Positions 29,534-38,778 of a DNA stretch of 64,000 nucleotides are shown here, piece by piece; the first letter of the stretch is position 1; the number at the start of each line of letters is the position of its first letter. A program made the position numbers and the translations under genes. The stretch covers positions 96,001 through 160,000 of the forward strand of contig JANRKO010000028.1 of assembly GCA_033763455.1 (NCBI GenBank), given 5' to 3'. This DNA comes from Polyangiaceae bacterium (lineage in GTDB: Bacteria; Myxococcota_A; Polyangia; Polyangiales; Polyangiaceae). The notes beneath the pieces were generated by a model. That model ran no database searches and was not told the origin of the DNA. It saw only the letters and a list, made by a program, of their open reading frames with translations.

Positions 29534-29920
29534 TTAGCTGGAGCTCTGCACGCCAGTGTGACGTTTTTGAGTGGCAGCCCCAGTTGGGGACTGCGAACTT
29601 CCCTCGCGTCCGAGGAGAGCGGGCACATCCTCTTGGATTTCGCGCAGTTTTTCGCCCGCAGCGGTGCTCAGCTTGTCGAAACGCTCGCCAAGCATTTTGC
29701 GCGTTTCTTGACCGCTGGCGGGCGCCAACAGCAGCGCCACGCCTGCACCAACGACGGCTCCGCCGCTAAACAGCAGAAGCCCTTGGCCAAAGTGGCTCTC
29801 GCGGCGAGAAAGCCCGACGAGACCCAGAAGGTCGTTGGAATTCAGATCAGACACGCTGCGTGCGAGGCGCGTGGTCGCCACGGCACCGCCGATTGACATT
29901 AACAATTTCATGAGTTGCAT
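29534..29920 (-). CDS. YtxH-domain protein
   Basis: GAVVGAGVALLLAPASGQETRK; AAAGGA RBS. Confidence 0.85.
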   Translation of the reverse strand: MQLMKLLMSIGGAVATTRLARSVSDLNSNDLLGLVGLSRRESHFGQGLLLFSGGAVVGAGVALLLAPASGQETRKMLGERFDKLSTAAGEKLREIQEDVPALLGREGSSQSPTGAATQKRHTGVQSSS

Positions 29921-29979
29921 GGTGTTTTCCTTTGTTGGGTCGCGAAGCCAATTCGCGCTTTTCGTTTTGAACCGCGCAT

Positions 29980-29995
29980 TGCAATTCGCGGACCA
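29980..29995 (-). promoter_or_regulatory. sigma54-type promoter for YtxH gene
   Basis: Minus strand TGGTCC-GCGAA-TTGCA. Confidence 0.6.
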
Positions 29996-30009
29996 CAAGC
30001 CCACTCGGC

Positions 30010-30025
30010 TGGCACAGGGAGTGCA
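30010..30025 (+). promoter_or_regulatory. sigma54-type promoter
   Basis: TGGCAC-AGGGA-GTGCA; ATG 30038 is 14 nt after the -12 C. Confidence 0.7.
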
Positions 30026-30037
30026 AGCTTGGTGGGC

Positions 30038-30301
30038 ATGACCCAACCACCCTCAATGGCTCCACCCAACCGGACGCACGAACGCTCCGTGGCCTATAAC
30101 CCCGTGAGCGATACAGAAGGGGAATTCAAGGTAGCGCATGCCCACTTCAAGGAAACGCTGCGTGGGGTTCTGCGGGCATCAGAAATTGCCGTTCGACACG
30201 TGTGGCAGCACGGTAAGCCGTTGCTTTTTGGCGTGGCAATTCTGACGTCACCGCACCAACCCAGGTTCCTCGGCTTGATGGAGGAGCTCGGTTACCAATG
30301 A
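30038..30301 (+). pseudogene. Truncated or chimeric paralogue of the 55297-55680 gene
   Basis: HFKETLR..VRHVWQHGKPLLFGVAILT matches HFSETLR..VRQVWQSGKPVLLGAAILT, then similarity stops mid TM helix. Confidence 0.55.
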
Positions 30302-30717
30302 CACCCAACAATTCAGACGAAGGCGTTTCGAACGACACTTCGCCCAATAGCGTCGTCTCGGAATACGTCAGTGATCCCCGTCGCTATTCCGATCCAGACG
30401 GCAATCGAGAGCTGCTTCGATTACGTGACGAGGGGCTTGACCCTGCGGCGCTACCTTTACCCGAGATGGACCCACCTCGGGCGGGGGATGCACCAAGAAG
30501 GCCGCTCGAGGAGCTCCTCGTAACGCACATCCGATCGGCGCTCTCAACGGGCCAAGCGCTCTCGGTTGAAGCAAGCGGAGATATGCTGACGATTCGCATC
30601 CCGATCGCGTCGCTTGAAGACAAGCACCAGGTTGAGGCCATTTTGGTCGCCAGTGCCGAACGTGATCGCGGATCTCTGCCAGCGAGTCCGCAGAAACTCC
30701 ACTCGAATAGTTCCTGA
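30298..30717 (+). CDS. Hypothetical protein
   Basis: ATGA overlap with the upstream ORF; 139 aa. Confidence 0.55.
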   Translation: MTPNNSDEGVSNDTSPNSVVSEYVSDPRRYSDPDGNRELLRLRDEGLDPAALPLPEMDPPRAGDAPRRPLEELLVTHIRSALSTGQALSVEASGDMLTIRIPIASLEDKHQVEAILVASAERDRGSLPASPQKLHSNSS

Positions 30718-30745
30718 ATGTCGTCTCCAGCCACTGCCGAGCCCG

Positions 30746-32083
30746 ATGCACGCTAATGTCACAGGGCCGCCTCGCCTTCAACTCGTGGTGACGAGGGTGT
30801 CCACGTCTGAGGCCGATCACCCCAAGCCCTTGCCGGGAGAGATCTTCTTTGCCGGACAGATCTTAGACGACAAGTATGAGTTGCAGGCACACATAGCGAC
30901 GGGCGGGCAAGCGGTGGTCTGGCGAGCCAGGCACCTTTTCTTAGGTAGGCTAGTGGTCATTAAGGTCCTGCGCCCAGACCTGGCCAACAACGCCAATATT
31001 GTTGAACGCTTTGTTGACGAGGCGCGCGTGCTCGCGGCTCTGGAAAGCGAGCACATTGCACGCATCCTCGACTACGGCCTCTTGGAGCACGGCTTACCCT
31101 TCATGGTGATGGAGTACCTAGAGGGGAGGGACCTGAGGTACCTCCTCTGCGAGGCTGGGCCTTTGCCGGTTAATTGGGCCACATTCTTCATTGCCCAGGC
31201 GTGCGAGGGGCTCGCAGAGGCCCACAGGAATGGGATCATCCATCGCGACATAAAGCCCGAAAATCTATTCGTGTGCGAGCGCACAAAGCGCGTGAAACTT
31301 CTAGACTTTGGCATAGCGATTGCCGTGAATCAGGAGCGCCATCTCACCCATCCAGGCGAGCCCGTCGGATCTCCCAGTTACATGGCGCCAGAACAGTTGC
31401 GGACGCAGGATATCGACCTTCGTGCCGACATTTGGGCGCTAGGTGCTGTGTTGCACGAGCTCATCTCGGGGGAGTGCGCCTTTGACGGAGCGTCGTTAGC
31501 GCAGATCTGCACTGCTGTTCTCACCGCTGCACCCCGCCGATTGAGCGAGTTCCGAGCGGCGGTTCCCGCGGGTCTCCAGGAGGTGGTAGACAGGTGTTTG
31601 TCCAAGGACAGGGCCCTGCGCTTCGGAAACACTCGGGAACTTGCGGCCGAGCTTACCGTGTTTTGCCCCGAGCTAGTGAGCGCTCAGGCATCGGCTATCG
31701 CCCTTTGGGGTGAAGCGCCAGGCCTCCTTTCGGAGGCAGCTGATCCGCAGATCGAGTTAGAGGTGGAATGCGACAGTTCTGAAGCTGATCCAGAGATCGA
31801 GTTGGGGGTTGAGTCCGACGTAGTAGAAGTAGGTTTAGAGGGCTTGGAAGACGCCCCCCGCGATCCCTTCGAACATCGAAAGAACTCGATTCGCGATATT
31901 GACCTGGATTTCAGCGATGCCGCGACAAAAGGTGCGCTATTGGTTCGAGAGCCTAAAGCGCGTTGGGACCTCTTTGTGCTCATCGTAGTGGTTCTGGCGC
32001 TTGGCGTATTCGTACTTCACGAGTCGCCCAGGTGGCTCCCGAAGTTCGAAGAGTGGGCGGGAAACCTTGGGCTTCTCAGCTAA
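30746..32083 (+). CDS. Membrane-anchored Ser/Thr protein kinase (start uncertain)
   Basis: IATGGQAVVW, VVIK, HRDIKPEN, DFG, GSPSYMAPE; acidic linker; C-terminal TM. Confidence 0.9.
   Translation: MHANVTGPPRLQLVVTRVSTSEADHPKPLPGEIFFAGQILDDKYELQAHIATGGQAVVWRARHLFLGRLVVIKVLRPDLANNANIVERFVDEARVLAALESEHIARILDYGLLEHGLPFMVMEYLEGRDLRYLLCEAGPLPVNWATFFIAQACEGLAEAHRNGIIHRDIKPENLFVCERTKRVKLLDFGIAIAVNQERHLTHPGEPVGSPSYMAPEQLRTQDIDLRADIWALGAVLHELISGECAFDGASLAQICTAVLTAAPRRLSEFRAAVPAGLQEVVDRCLSKDRALRFGNTRELAAELTVFCPELVSAQASAIALWGEAPGLLSEAADPQIELEVECDSSEADPEIELGVESDVVEVGLEGLEDAPRDPFEHRKNSIRDIDLDFSDAATKGALLVREPKARWDLFVLIVVVLALGVFVLHESPRWLPKFEEWAGNLGLLS
31738..31820 (+). repeat. 45-nt imperfect coding tandem duplication
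   Basis: ADPQIELEVECD / ADPEIELGVESD. Confidence 0.7.
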
Positions 32084-32133
32084 GCTTTGGATGCCGCACA
32101 CGAGGTGGTTGCCGCTCGCGCGGTTACGCTGCT

Positions 32134-32655
32134 TCAGGTGTCGCAAGATGTTGCAGACAAAGCTCGGGGAAGGCTGCGCCGGTGCCCAGCCTCTTGCCCC
32201 GGGCGGGATGCAGCCCTGCGCTGAGCGCCTTCAAATGTAATCGAGATGACAACACCTCCCGCATCCAGATTCAGATCTCCAATGAGGCTCATAAAGTCGT
32301 GGCGTACCCGGGGATCTCTCGGCTCGGGCAGAACCAGCTGGAGCACGGCGCCCCCCTTGCAGTGCAGGAGCCAGCTCACGGCTTCTTGGCATAGGCTCAT
32401 TCGGGCGGTGCGAGCCGCCTCGGAGTGATCCTCACCAACGCGATAGACAACGCGAAGGCGTCGAGCGGACCTAGGCGTGATAAGCGAGAGCCTCCGCCGA
32501 ACCCGGCGTCGCAAGCTCTCGACTGACTCCTCTTTGGCCTGAACAACGGTGGCGCACACAAGGCCAGAGAAGGCTCTTCCAAAGGCCTCGGTAGGGCATA
32601 CGAGCGCCGCTTCGACGCAGTTCTTTTCCAAAATGGTGACACACGCGCAATCCAT
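32134..32655 (-). CDS. Hypothetical protein
   Basis: Longest ORF in the gap; no family recognised. Confidence 0.45.
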   Translation of the reverse strand: MDCACVTILEKNCVEAALVCPTEAFGRAFSGLVCATVVQAKEESVESLRRRVRRRLSLITPRSARRLRVVYRVGEDHSEAARTARMSLCQEAVSWLLHCKGGAVLQLVLPEPRDPRVRHDFMSLIGDLNLDAGGVVISITFEGAQRRAASRPGQEAGHRRSLPRALSATSCDT

Positions 32656-32820
32656 AAAGGTGTTCCCCAAAAAGCTGAAACAGCTAGACCTGGCCGGAGC
32701 GGGAGCGAGGCATTTTGCCCCGCCCCCGCCGGCCAAACCTTTGACCCCTCAGTCAAAGGCACTTACGTTCGAAGTCGGCCTCGCCGAGTACTTTGTGTGT
32801 TGTCTCAATTCGGATGGAGG

Positions 32821-34257
32821 TTAAGCATGCGACGTGCCAATTGCTCGAAGGCGTACGGCGGGCAAAGCATGCCTATCTTCTGGCGCGCTTCGAGGCACCG
32901 AGCGTGGGCTTTCCCCTCCAACAAGTGTAGAAGAATGCCCCGTCGGACTGTGCGCTGAGGCACCATAGACAGGTGGCATATGCGCCTCGTAAAGCAACCG
33001 TTCGTGCCGGCACCACCACCCCGCCCCGTCATTTTCGGGCAGCCGACCGTCCGCAAGCTCTCGAACAAGGGAAGCGACATCGGTTTCGACGGGGACTCCG
33101 CCCTCCAGTCGCAAGACTCCCGGTTCGTACTTTCCGCCGTCCTCGGTTACCAGCTTGTTCCAGCCGAAAGAGCCGAGGAGCGCCCAGGCTGTCACGGCTC
33201 TAATGTCTAAGCCTCGCGCTTGCGCCGCCAGGCAAGAGCGCCACACGTACGCCAACCAACTCGCTTGCTCGCTTGGGCTGCAGGCTAGATGTGCTTCCGT
33301 GATCGCCATGGGTAGCCCGAAGCGATCGGCGGCGGACTCTAGCAATTGCAACGGACCCATGAGGCCAACCGCACACACGCGTACGGCCTCCACATCCACA
33401 TACGCGTGCCGCGCATTTCCGCCTACCATCTCGGGTGGGTAAAGGTGCAGGCGATTATCCAGGAAGCGTTCGCTCGTCACATAGTAGTTGAACCCGATAA
33501 CATTCGGTATACAGGGGTCATCTAGAAAGTAACCCAAGTCCGCATCGGTGGCGCCATTTTTCCTCAAGTAAGCGTTAAGCGGGTGGTGCCGGTCCACTTT
33601 GCCACATAGAAGATCTAAGCTTAGCCAACGCCGCCGATTTTCGAATTCTGCTTGATAGGCAAGCTCGTCCACGCTAGTACACACAGCTAGATCCTCAGTT
33701 TGGATGAGCTCCGCGTGAGGGATGGAGCGGCGAATGGCACGCATGGCGAGCACGGTGCCGCGGCACTGAATTAATAGAGCTCGAACGAAAGCCGCATCAC
33801 TCCGCGCGTGGGGGTACCAATGGCCGTAAAGGCCGGTAAAGCGAGCTGTGGTAAGGGGTTCGTTGATCGGTGTGAACTTGGTGAGCCAAGGATAGCGCTC
33901 GGCCACCCTGCCGGCGTACGCTGCCAGGAGCTCGGGGAACGCTGGATCGAGGAGGGACGTATGCGGCGGGCCGCTACCATGGTGAACAAGCCCCACAATG
34001 GGTTCGATGCCCAGTGCGTACAGCCTCGCGAGGCGTTCATCGGCCCACGCGAAATCGAGTTCCCTTCCTCGCGCGGCGCGTTCCCAAAGGATCGGGTAGC
34101 GAAGGGTTCGTAGCCCTAGCTCGTAGAAACGGTCGAGGTCAGAAATGCGCTCCGCGTGACCACTGTATTCGAGTTGATCGAAGTAACGATCGCCGACGCG
34201 ATTGACGGTGCATTCAAGCCCCCCCCATAGCGCGAGCGATGCGGGATGTGGATCCAC
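32821..34257 (-). CDS. Family 1-like glycoside hydrolase
   Basis: LWGGLECTVNRV, LRYPILWE, LVHHGSGP, TPINEP (acid/base), AITEAH (nucleophile); AAGGAGG RBS. Confidence 0.88.
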   Translation of the reverse strand: MDPHPASLALWGGLECTVNRVGDRYFDQLEYSGHAERISDLDRFYELGLRTLRYPILWERAARGRELDFAWADERLARLYALGIEPIVGLVHHGSGPPHTSLLDPAFPELLAAYAGRVAERYPWLTKFTPINEPLTTARFTGLYGHWYPHARSDAAFVRALLIQCRGTVLAMRAIRRSIPHAELIQTEDLAVCTSVDELAYQAEFENRRRWLSLDLLCGKVDRHHPLNAYLRKNGATDADLGYFLDDPCIPNVIGFNYYVTSERFLDNRLHLYPPEMVGGNARHAYVDVEAVRVCAVGLMGPLQLLESAADRFGLPMAITEAHLACSPSEQASWLAYVWRSCLAAQARGLDIRAVTAWALLGSFGWNKLVTEDGGKYEPGVLRLEGGVPVETDVASLVRELADGRLPENDGAGWWCRHERLLYEAHMPPVYGASAHSPTGHSSTLVGGESPRSVPRSAPEDRHALPAVRLRAIGTSHA

Positions 34258-35371
34258 TAAATACCTCCTTCGTGCGGGTTGGGGTTCCGGCTTCTTGGAT
34301 GCCAGCGTACAGAGTGAGTGCCTGCGCCACGACCTGGTCCATGTTGTAATATCTGTAGGTAGCGAGGCGTCCGACGAAGTGCACCGGGCTTCGATCGGCT
34401 AGCTCCTTGTATTTTTCATACAGCGCTGCGTTTTCCGGCATTGGAACGGGGTAATAGGGGTCGCCTTCGGCACGCGGGTACTCGTAGACTATGCTCGTCT
34501 TGGCATGAACTTGGCCAGTGAGATGCTTGAACTCGGTGATACGTGTGTAGGCGTTTTCGTTTGGATAGTTCACCGTTCCCACCGCTTGGAACTGAGCGGC
34601 ATGGTGAGTGACGTGGCGAAATTCGAGCGAGCGGTAGGGGAGCTTGCCGAACCGGTAGTCAAAAAAGGCGTCGACCGGGCCCGTGTAGACCATCTCCCGA
34701 TGCGGAATCTCATTCACGACTTCCCGGTAGTCGGTATTGAGCATCACCTTGATGTTCGGATGCCGAAGCATGTTCTCGAACATCCGCGTGTAGCCAAAGA
34801 GCGGCATGGCCTGATAGGTATCCGTGAAATAGCGGTCATCTCGATTCGTACGAACCGGAATGCGTGCTGCCACTGACGCGTCGAGCTCAGAAGCCTCCAG
34901 GCCCCATTGCTTCCGCGTATAGCCACGAAAGAACTTTTCGTAGAGCTCGCGGCCAACCTTGGAAACCACAACATCCTCAGACGTCTTCGCGCTTCGCTTC
35001 TCGCGGACGCTCTCGAAGAATTGCTCAAGCTCGTCCGGGTTGAGCTGGGTACCGCGTAGTTGATTGATGGTATTTAGGTTGATGGGTATAGGAACGAGCT
35101 GGCCATCTACTTGAGCTAGCACCCGATGCTGGTAATCCCGCCACTCAGTGAAACGGGAAAGGTAGCTGAATACGTCCGCCGAATTCGTGTGAAAGATGTG
35201 AGGCCCGTATTTGTGAACCAGGATGCCGTGGTCGTCGTAGTGATCGTAGGCATTGCCAGCCACATGCGGGCGCTTATCAACAATCAGCACCCTTTTGTTT
35301 AAGTCTGAAGCGAGCCGCTCTGCCAGAACGCTGCCTGCAAAGCCGGCGCCGACCACCAAGTAATCGAACAC
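34214..35371 (-). CDS. glf: UDP-galactopyranose mutase
   Basis: VVGAGFAG, HKYGPHIFHTN, YTRKQWG, GDPYYP, GRLATYRYYNMDQ. Confidence 0.97.
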   Translation of the reverse strand: MFDYLVVGAGFAGSVLAERLASDLNKRVLIVDKRPHVAGNAYDHYDDHGILVHKYGPHIFHTNSADVFSYLSRFTEWRDYQHRVLAQVDGQLVPIPINLNTINQLRGTQLNPDELEQFFESVREKRSAKTSEDVVVSKVGRELYEKFFRGYTRKQWGLEASELDASVAARIPVRTNRDDRYFTDTYQAMPLFGYTRMFENMLRHPNIKVMLNTDYREVVNEIPHREMVYTGPVDAFFDYRFGKLPYRSLEFRHVTHHAAQFQAVGTVNYPNENAYTRITEFKHLTGQVHAKTSIVYEYPRAEGDPYYPVPMPENAALYEKYKELADRSPVHFVGRLATYRYYNMDQVVAQALTLYAGIQEAGTPTRTKEVFSGSTSRIARAMGGA

Positions 35372-36522
35372 TAGCGTGCACCCGCAGCGAGCGGCAGCTC
35401 CACAGCCTTTTGCGAAATTCTTTTAACGCCGTGGCGTTTCAGAATCGCCTCCTTGATGCATTCGGACATTTGCCCCCAGGTGATATCCCACGAGAGCGTG
35501 GCCAGGTACGGATCTGCCTTGCGCAGGAGCACAGCATTTGGCTCACGCATGGCGTGCTCGCAGGCCAGCACGAAGTCCTTCACCGTGTCCGCGATACTGA
35601 CGAGGCCTTGAGCCTTGTAGGGGCGCACCACATCTTTTATGGAAGTCGATACAACAGGCCTGCCGGCGGCCAGGTATTCCGGCGTCTTGGTGGGGCTGAT
35701 GTACTTCGTGGACTCATTTTTGGCGAAGGGCATCAACGCAACATCCCAACCGCTAATGTAGCGAGGGAGCTCTGCATAAGACTTGCTGCCCAGGTAGTGG
35801 ATGTTGCCTAAAGCCGGTAGCTCGGCTTCGGAAATTTTCACGACAGGCCCCACCATGACCAATTGCCAATCCGGGCGAGCTTCTGCCACCCCTCGAACCA
35901 GCGCCAAATCCATCCGTTCGTCGATCACGCCGAAAAACCCCAAACGCGGCCGCGGGATGCAACGCATATCTTCCGGATCTTCCTGCGGAACGCGCGCCGT
36001 AGCGAAATGCGCTACGTCCACACTGCTCGGAAACGCATGAACGTTTGGATGTTGGGTTCTTTTCGCCTCGTAGAGCGACCAGCCTCCGGTAAAAACAACA
36101 TCTGCACGCGCCATGAGCTCAGCCTCTCGCTCCACGAGTTCGGGTGGCGCTCCTTTGAAGGCTGAAAGCTGATCCATGCAATCATAAATGGTAGCGATTG
36201 GGGAAAGGCACGTGCCAATTCCGAGCGCCATGGGCGTATAATACCACAGCAGGTAATCTTCCAGGTTGTAGGTTCGAACCAGCTCCAGAAGAAGCTTCCG
36301 CTGAATAGCTTCTGGATCTGCCGCGTTGCGTTCAATGTGAGGCACCGCAACGAACACGCCTTCTCGGCTGCGCGCTACGCGAAGCTCGCTCGACCCTTCG
36401 ATAAAGATCGGCTCTTCCACGAAGAACACTCTTCGAGTTTTCGCACAGCGGCTCAGCAGGTGCTGGGGGCGTTGAAACACAAAGTCCCAACGCAGGTGCG
36501 ACAGACAGATCAAGTCGTGCAT
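35371..36522 (-). CDS. GT-B (GT4-like) glycosyltransferase
   Basis: SHLRWDFVFQRPQHL, YDCMD, GFFGVIDER, ISPTKTPEYLAAGRPVVS. Confidence 0.92.
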   Translation of the reverse strand: MHDLICLSHLRWDFVFQRPQHLLSRCAKTRRVFFVEEPIFIEGSSELRVARSREGVFVAVPHIERNAADPEAIQRKLLLELVRTYNLEDYLLWYYTPMALGIGTCLSPIATIYDCMDQLSAFKGAPPELVEREAELMARADVVFTGGWSLYEAKRTQHPNVHAFPSSVDVAHFATARVPQEDPEDMRCIPRPRLGFFGVIDERMDLALVRGVAEARPDWQLVMVGPVVKISEAELPALGNIHYLGSKSYAELPRYISGWDVALMPFAKNESTKYISPTKTPEYLAAGRPVVSTSIKDVVRPYKAQGLVSIADTVKDFVLACEHAMREPNAVLLRKADPYLATLSWDITWGQMSECIKEAILKRHGVKRISQKAVELPLAAGAR

Positions 36523-36573
36523 GGATGTGTCCTTTTTGAGGGGGTGAAAAACACTAGGCGCGAAACGCTCCTA

Positions 36574-36589
36574 AGCAGATTCCGTGCCG
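36574..36589 (-). promoter_or_regulatory. sigma54-type promoter for GT-glf-GH1 operon
   Basis: Minus strand CGGCAC-GGAAT-CTGCT. Confidence 0.75.
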
Positions 36590-36812
36590 AGTGTGCGTTC
36601 CCCGGGAGTTGAAAGGGCTGATGCCAATTCTCAGTTTTCGCGCACGCTGGGGCTTTTTGAAGGGGCGGGAACCCACCCGGTAAATCAGCCACAGCGTGGC
36701 AAAGTGTCACACGTTGAACTCCGCCCCATCACTTGCGCCGGAGGCTACCGCGCAGTTGTTCAAAGACTCTTCGATAGTGGAACTCGTAGTTGGCTCTATC
36801 GCCGAGCCTATT

Positions 36813-36828
36813 TGGTACGCCGTGTGCA
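36813..36828 (+). promoter_or_regulatory. sigma54-type promoter for GH2 operon
   Basis: TGGTAC-GCCGT-GTGCA. Confidence 0.65.
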
Positions 36829-36966
36829 ACTCACTTCAGTGCTATGCCCGCCCATAGAGGGTGACGCAGCGGCGGAAATGAGCGGGCATTGCCACGAAGA
36901 CACTTCCAGCAGATCGGCCTAACGGACGCAAAGCCCCAAACGGGCAGCGAAACTGAGGTAGATCCC

Positions 36967-38769
36967 ATGGGCTATCCGCGTCCCCAACTGCGGCGGAGCG
37001 AGTGGTTCACCTTGAACGGGCAGTGGCAGTTCGCCATGGACCCAGAAGGTGTCTTTACTGCGCCACACGAGGTCGCCTGGGATGGGACGATAAAGGTCCC
37101 GTTTGCGCCGGAAACCATCCAAAGCGGAGTAGGCTTCAACGGACTGTTTCGCGGCTGCTGGTATCGCCGCAAGTTTTTGGCTCCGGAGCTTTTAGACGGT
37201 CAGCGCCTCATCTTACACTTTGAAGCGGTCGATTATAGGGCCACGGTCTGGGTGGATGGATCTTTAGCGGTGCAACACGAAGGCGGCTATACGCCTTTTC
37301 AAGCTGACATTACAGCGTTGCTAACGTTCACAGGGGAACACGAAGTGGTGGTCTTTGCCGATGATGACCCGGCGGATTTGGCCAAGCCTCGCGGTAAGCA
37401 AGATTGGCAGCTCGAGCCGCACGCGATTTGGTACCAAAGAACGACCGGCATTTGGCAAACGGTGTGGCTTGAGCGGGTGCCTGCCACTCACATCCAGAGC
37501 TTGCAGTGGACTGCCAACTTGGAGCGCTGGGAAATTGCGGTGGACGCCACCATCTACGGAAAAGGTAGCGAAACGCGCTTTGTTAGCGTCAAGCTTTGGG
37601 TGGATGATTTAGTATTAGCTCAAGACCAATACACCGTTGTGGCCGGAGAGGTGCACCGCCGCATTACGCTTTCCGACCCAGGAATCGATGACTTTCGGAA
37701 CGAGCTCTTGTGGAGCCCTGAGAGCCCCAAGCTGATTGAGGCAGTGGTGGATTTGCTTGATGATGCGGGTAGAATCATCGATTCGGTGCGCAGCTATACG
37801 GCACTGCGCACCTTCTCCGTGCACGGTGATCGCTTTCTTTTAAATGGGCGTCCTTTTCAACTCCGTATGGTCCTGGATCAGGGCTATTGGCAGGGCTCCG
37901 GCCTCACCCCTCCGAACGATGCGGCCCTGCGCAAAGACATAAGGCTCGCCAAAGCCATGGGCTTTAATGGAGTGCGTAAGCATCAAAAGATCGAAGTGGC
38001 GCGCTACCTATATTGGGCCGATAGGATGGGTCTTTTGGTTTGGGAGGAAATGCCGAGCGCTTATCGGTTCACCAAGGGCTCCGTAGAGCGCCTGACGCAA
38101 CAGTGGCTAGAGGTGCTGAAGCGAGACATGAGCCACCCGTGTGTCATGGCCTGGGTGCCGTTCAACGAATCTTGGGGCGTGCCCAACCTGCCCAACAGCC
38201 TGCCAGAACGCAACTATGTGCGGGCGCTATATTATCTCACCAAGACGCAAGATCCCTCCCGCCCTGTGGTGGGCAATGACGGCTGGGAGAGTGTGGCAAC
38301 AGATATCATTGGTATTCATGACTACGATGATCGGCCAGAGCGTTTGGCGCGACGCTATCAGGTGCGCGATGTGCTACCGCAGCTTCTGAAGCGGGCGCGG
38401 CCGGGAGGTAGGAGCTTGGTCTTGGAGGGCCATTCCCGACGCGAGCATCCCATCGTTCTTTCGGAATTTGGTGGCATTGCGTTGAGTGATGATCGCGAGC
38501 ACACCTGGGGTTATTCCCGCACGGATACGCCTGCCAAGTTCGCTGAACAGTTTTCGGCTTTATTGGAAGTAGTGCGATCCTTGGAGGCGTTAGCGGGCTA
38601 CTGCTACACCCAATTCGCCGACACCTTTCAAGAGACGAACGGGCTACTGCATGCTGATCGTAGCCCCAAAATTCCCATCGAGCAGGTGGCTTGGGCAAAC
38701 CGAGGCGCACATGCCCGCGATGTTTCACCGTCGCCCATTGTGCTCGGTATCAACGACGACGACGGATAG
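36967..38769 (+). CDS. Glycoside hydrolase family 2
   Basis: YPRPQL..LNGQW, HEGGYTPF, LDQGYW, GFNGVRKHQK, WVPFNESWG, LSEFGG, YTQFADTFQETNG. Confidence 0.92.
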   Translation: MGYPRPQLRRSEWFTLNGQWQFAMDPEGVFTAPHEVAWDGTIKVPFAPETIQSGVGFNGLFRGCWYRRKFLAPELLDGQRLILHFEAVDYRATVWVDGSLAVQHEGGYTPFQADITALLTFTGEHEVVVFADDDPADLAKPRGKQDWQLEPHAIWYQRTTGIWQTVWLERVPATHIQSLQWTANLERWEIAVDATIYGKGSETRFVSVKLWVDDLVLAQDQYTVVAGEVHRRITLSDPGIDDFRNELLWSPESPKLIEAVVDLLDDAGRIIDSVRSYTALRTFSVHGDRFLLNGRPFQLRMVLDQGYWQGSGLTPPNDAALRKDIRLAKAMGFNGVRKHQKIEVARYLYWADRMGLLVWEEMPSAYRFTKGSVERLTQQWLEVLKRDMSHPCVMAWVPFNESWGVPNLPNSLPERNYVRALYYLTKTQDPSRPVVGNDGWESVATDIIGIHDYDDRPERLARRYQVRDVLPQLLKRARPGGRSLVLEGHSRREHPIVLSEFGGIALSDDREHTWGYSRTDTPAKFAEQFSALLEVVRSLEALAGYCYTQFADTFQETNGLLHADRSPKIPIEQVAWANRGAHARDVSPSPIVLGINDDDG

Positions 38770-38778
38770 GAGCTAACG

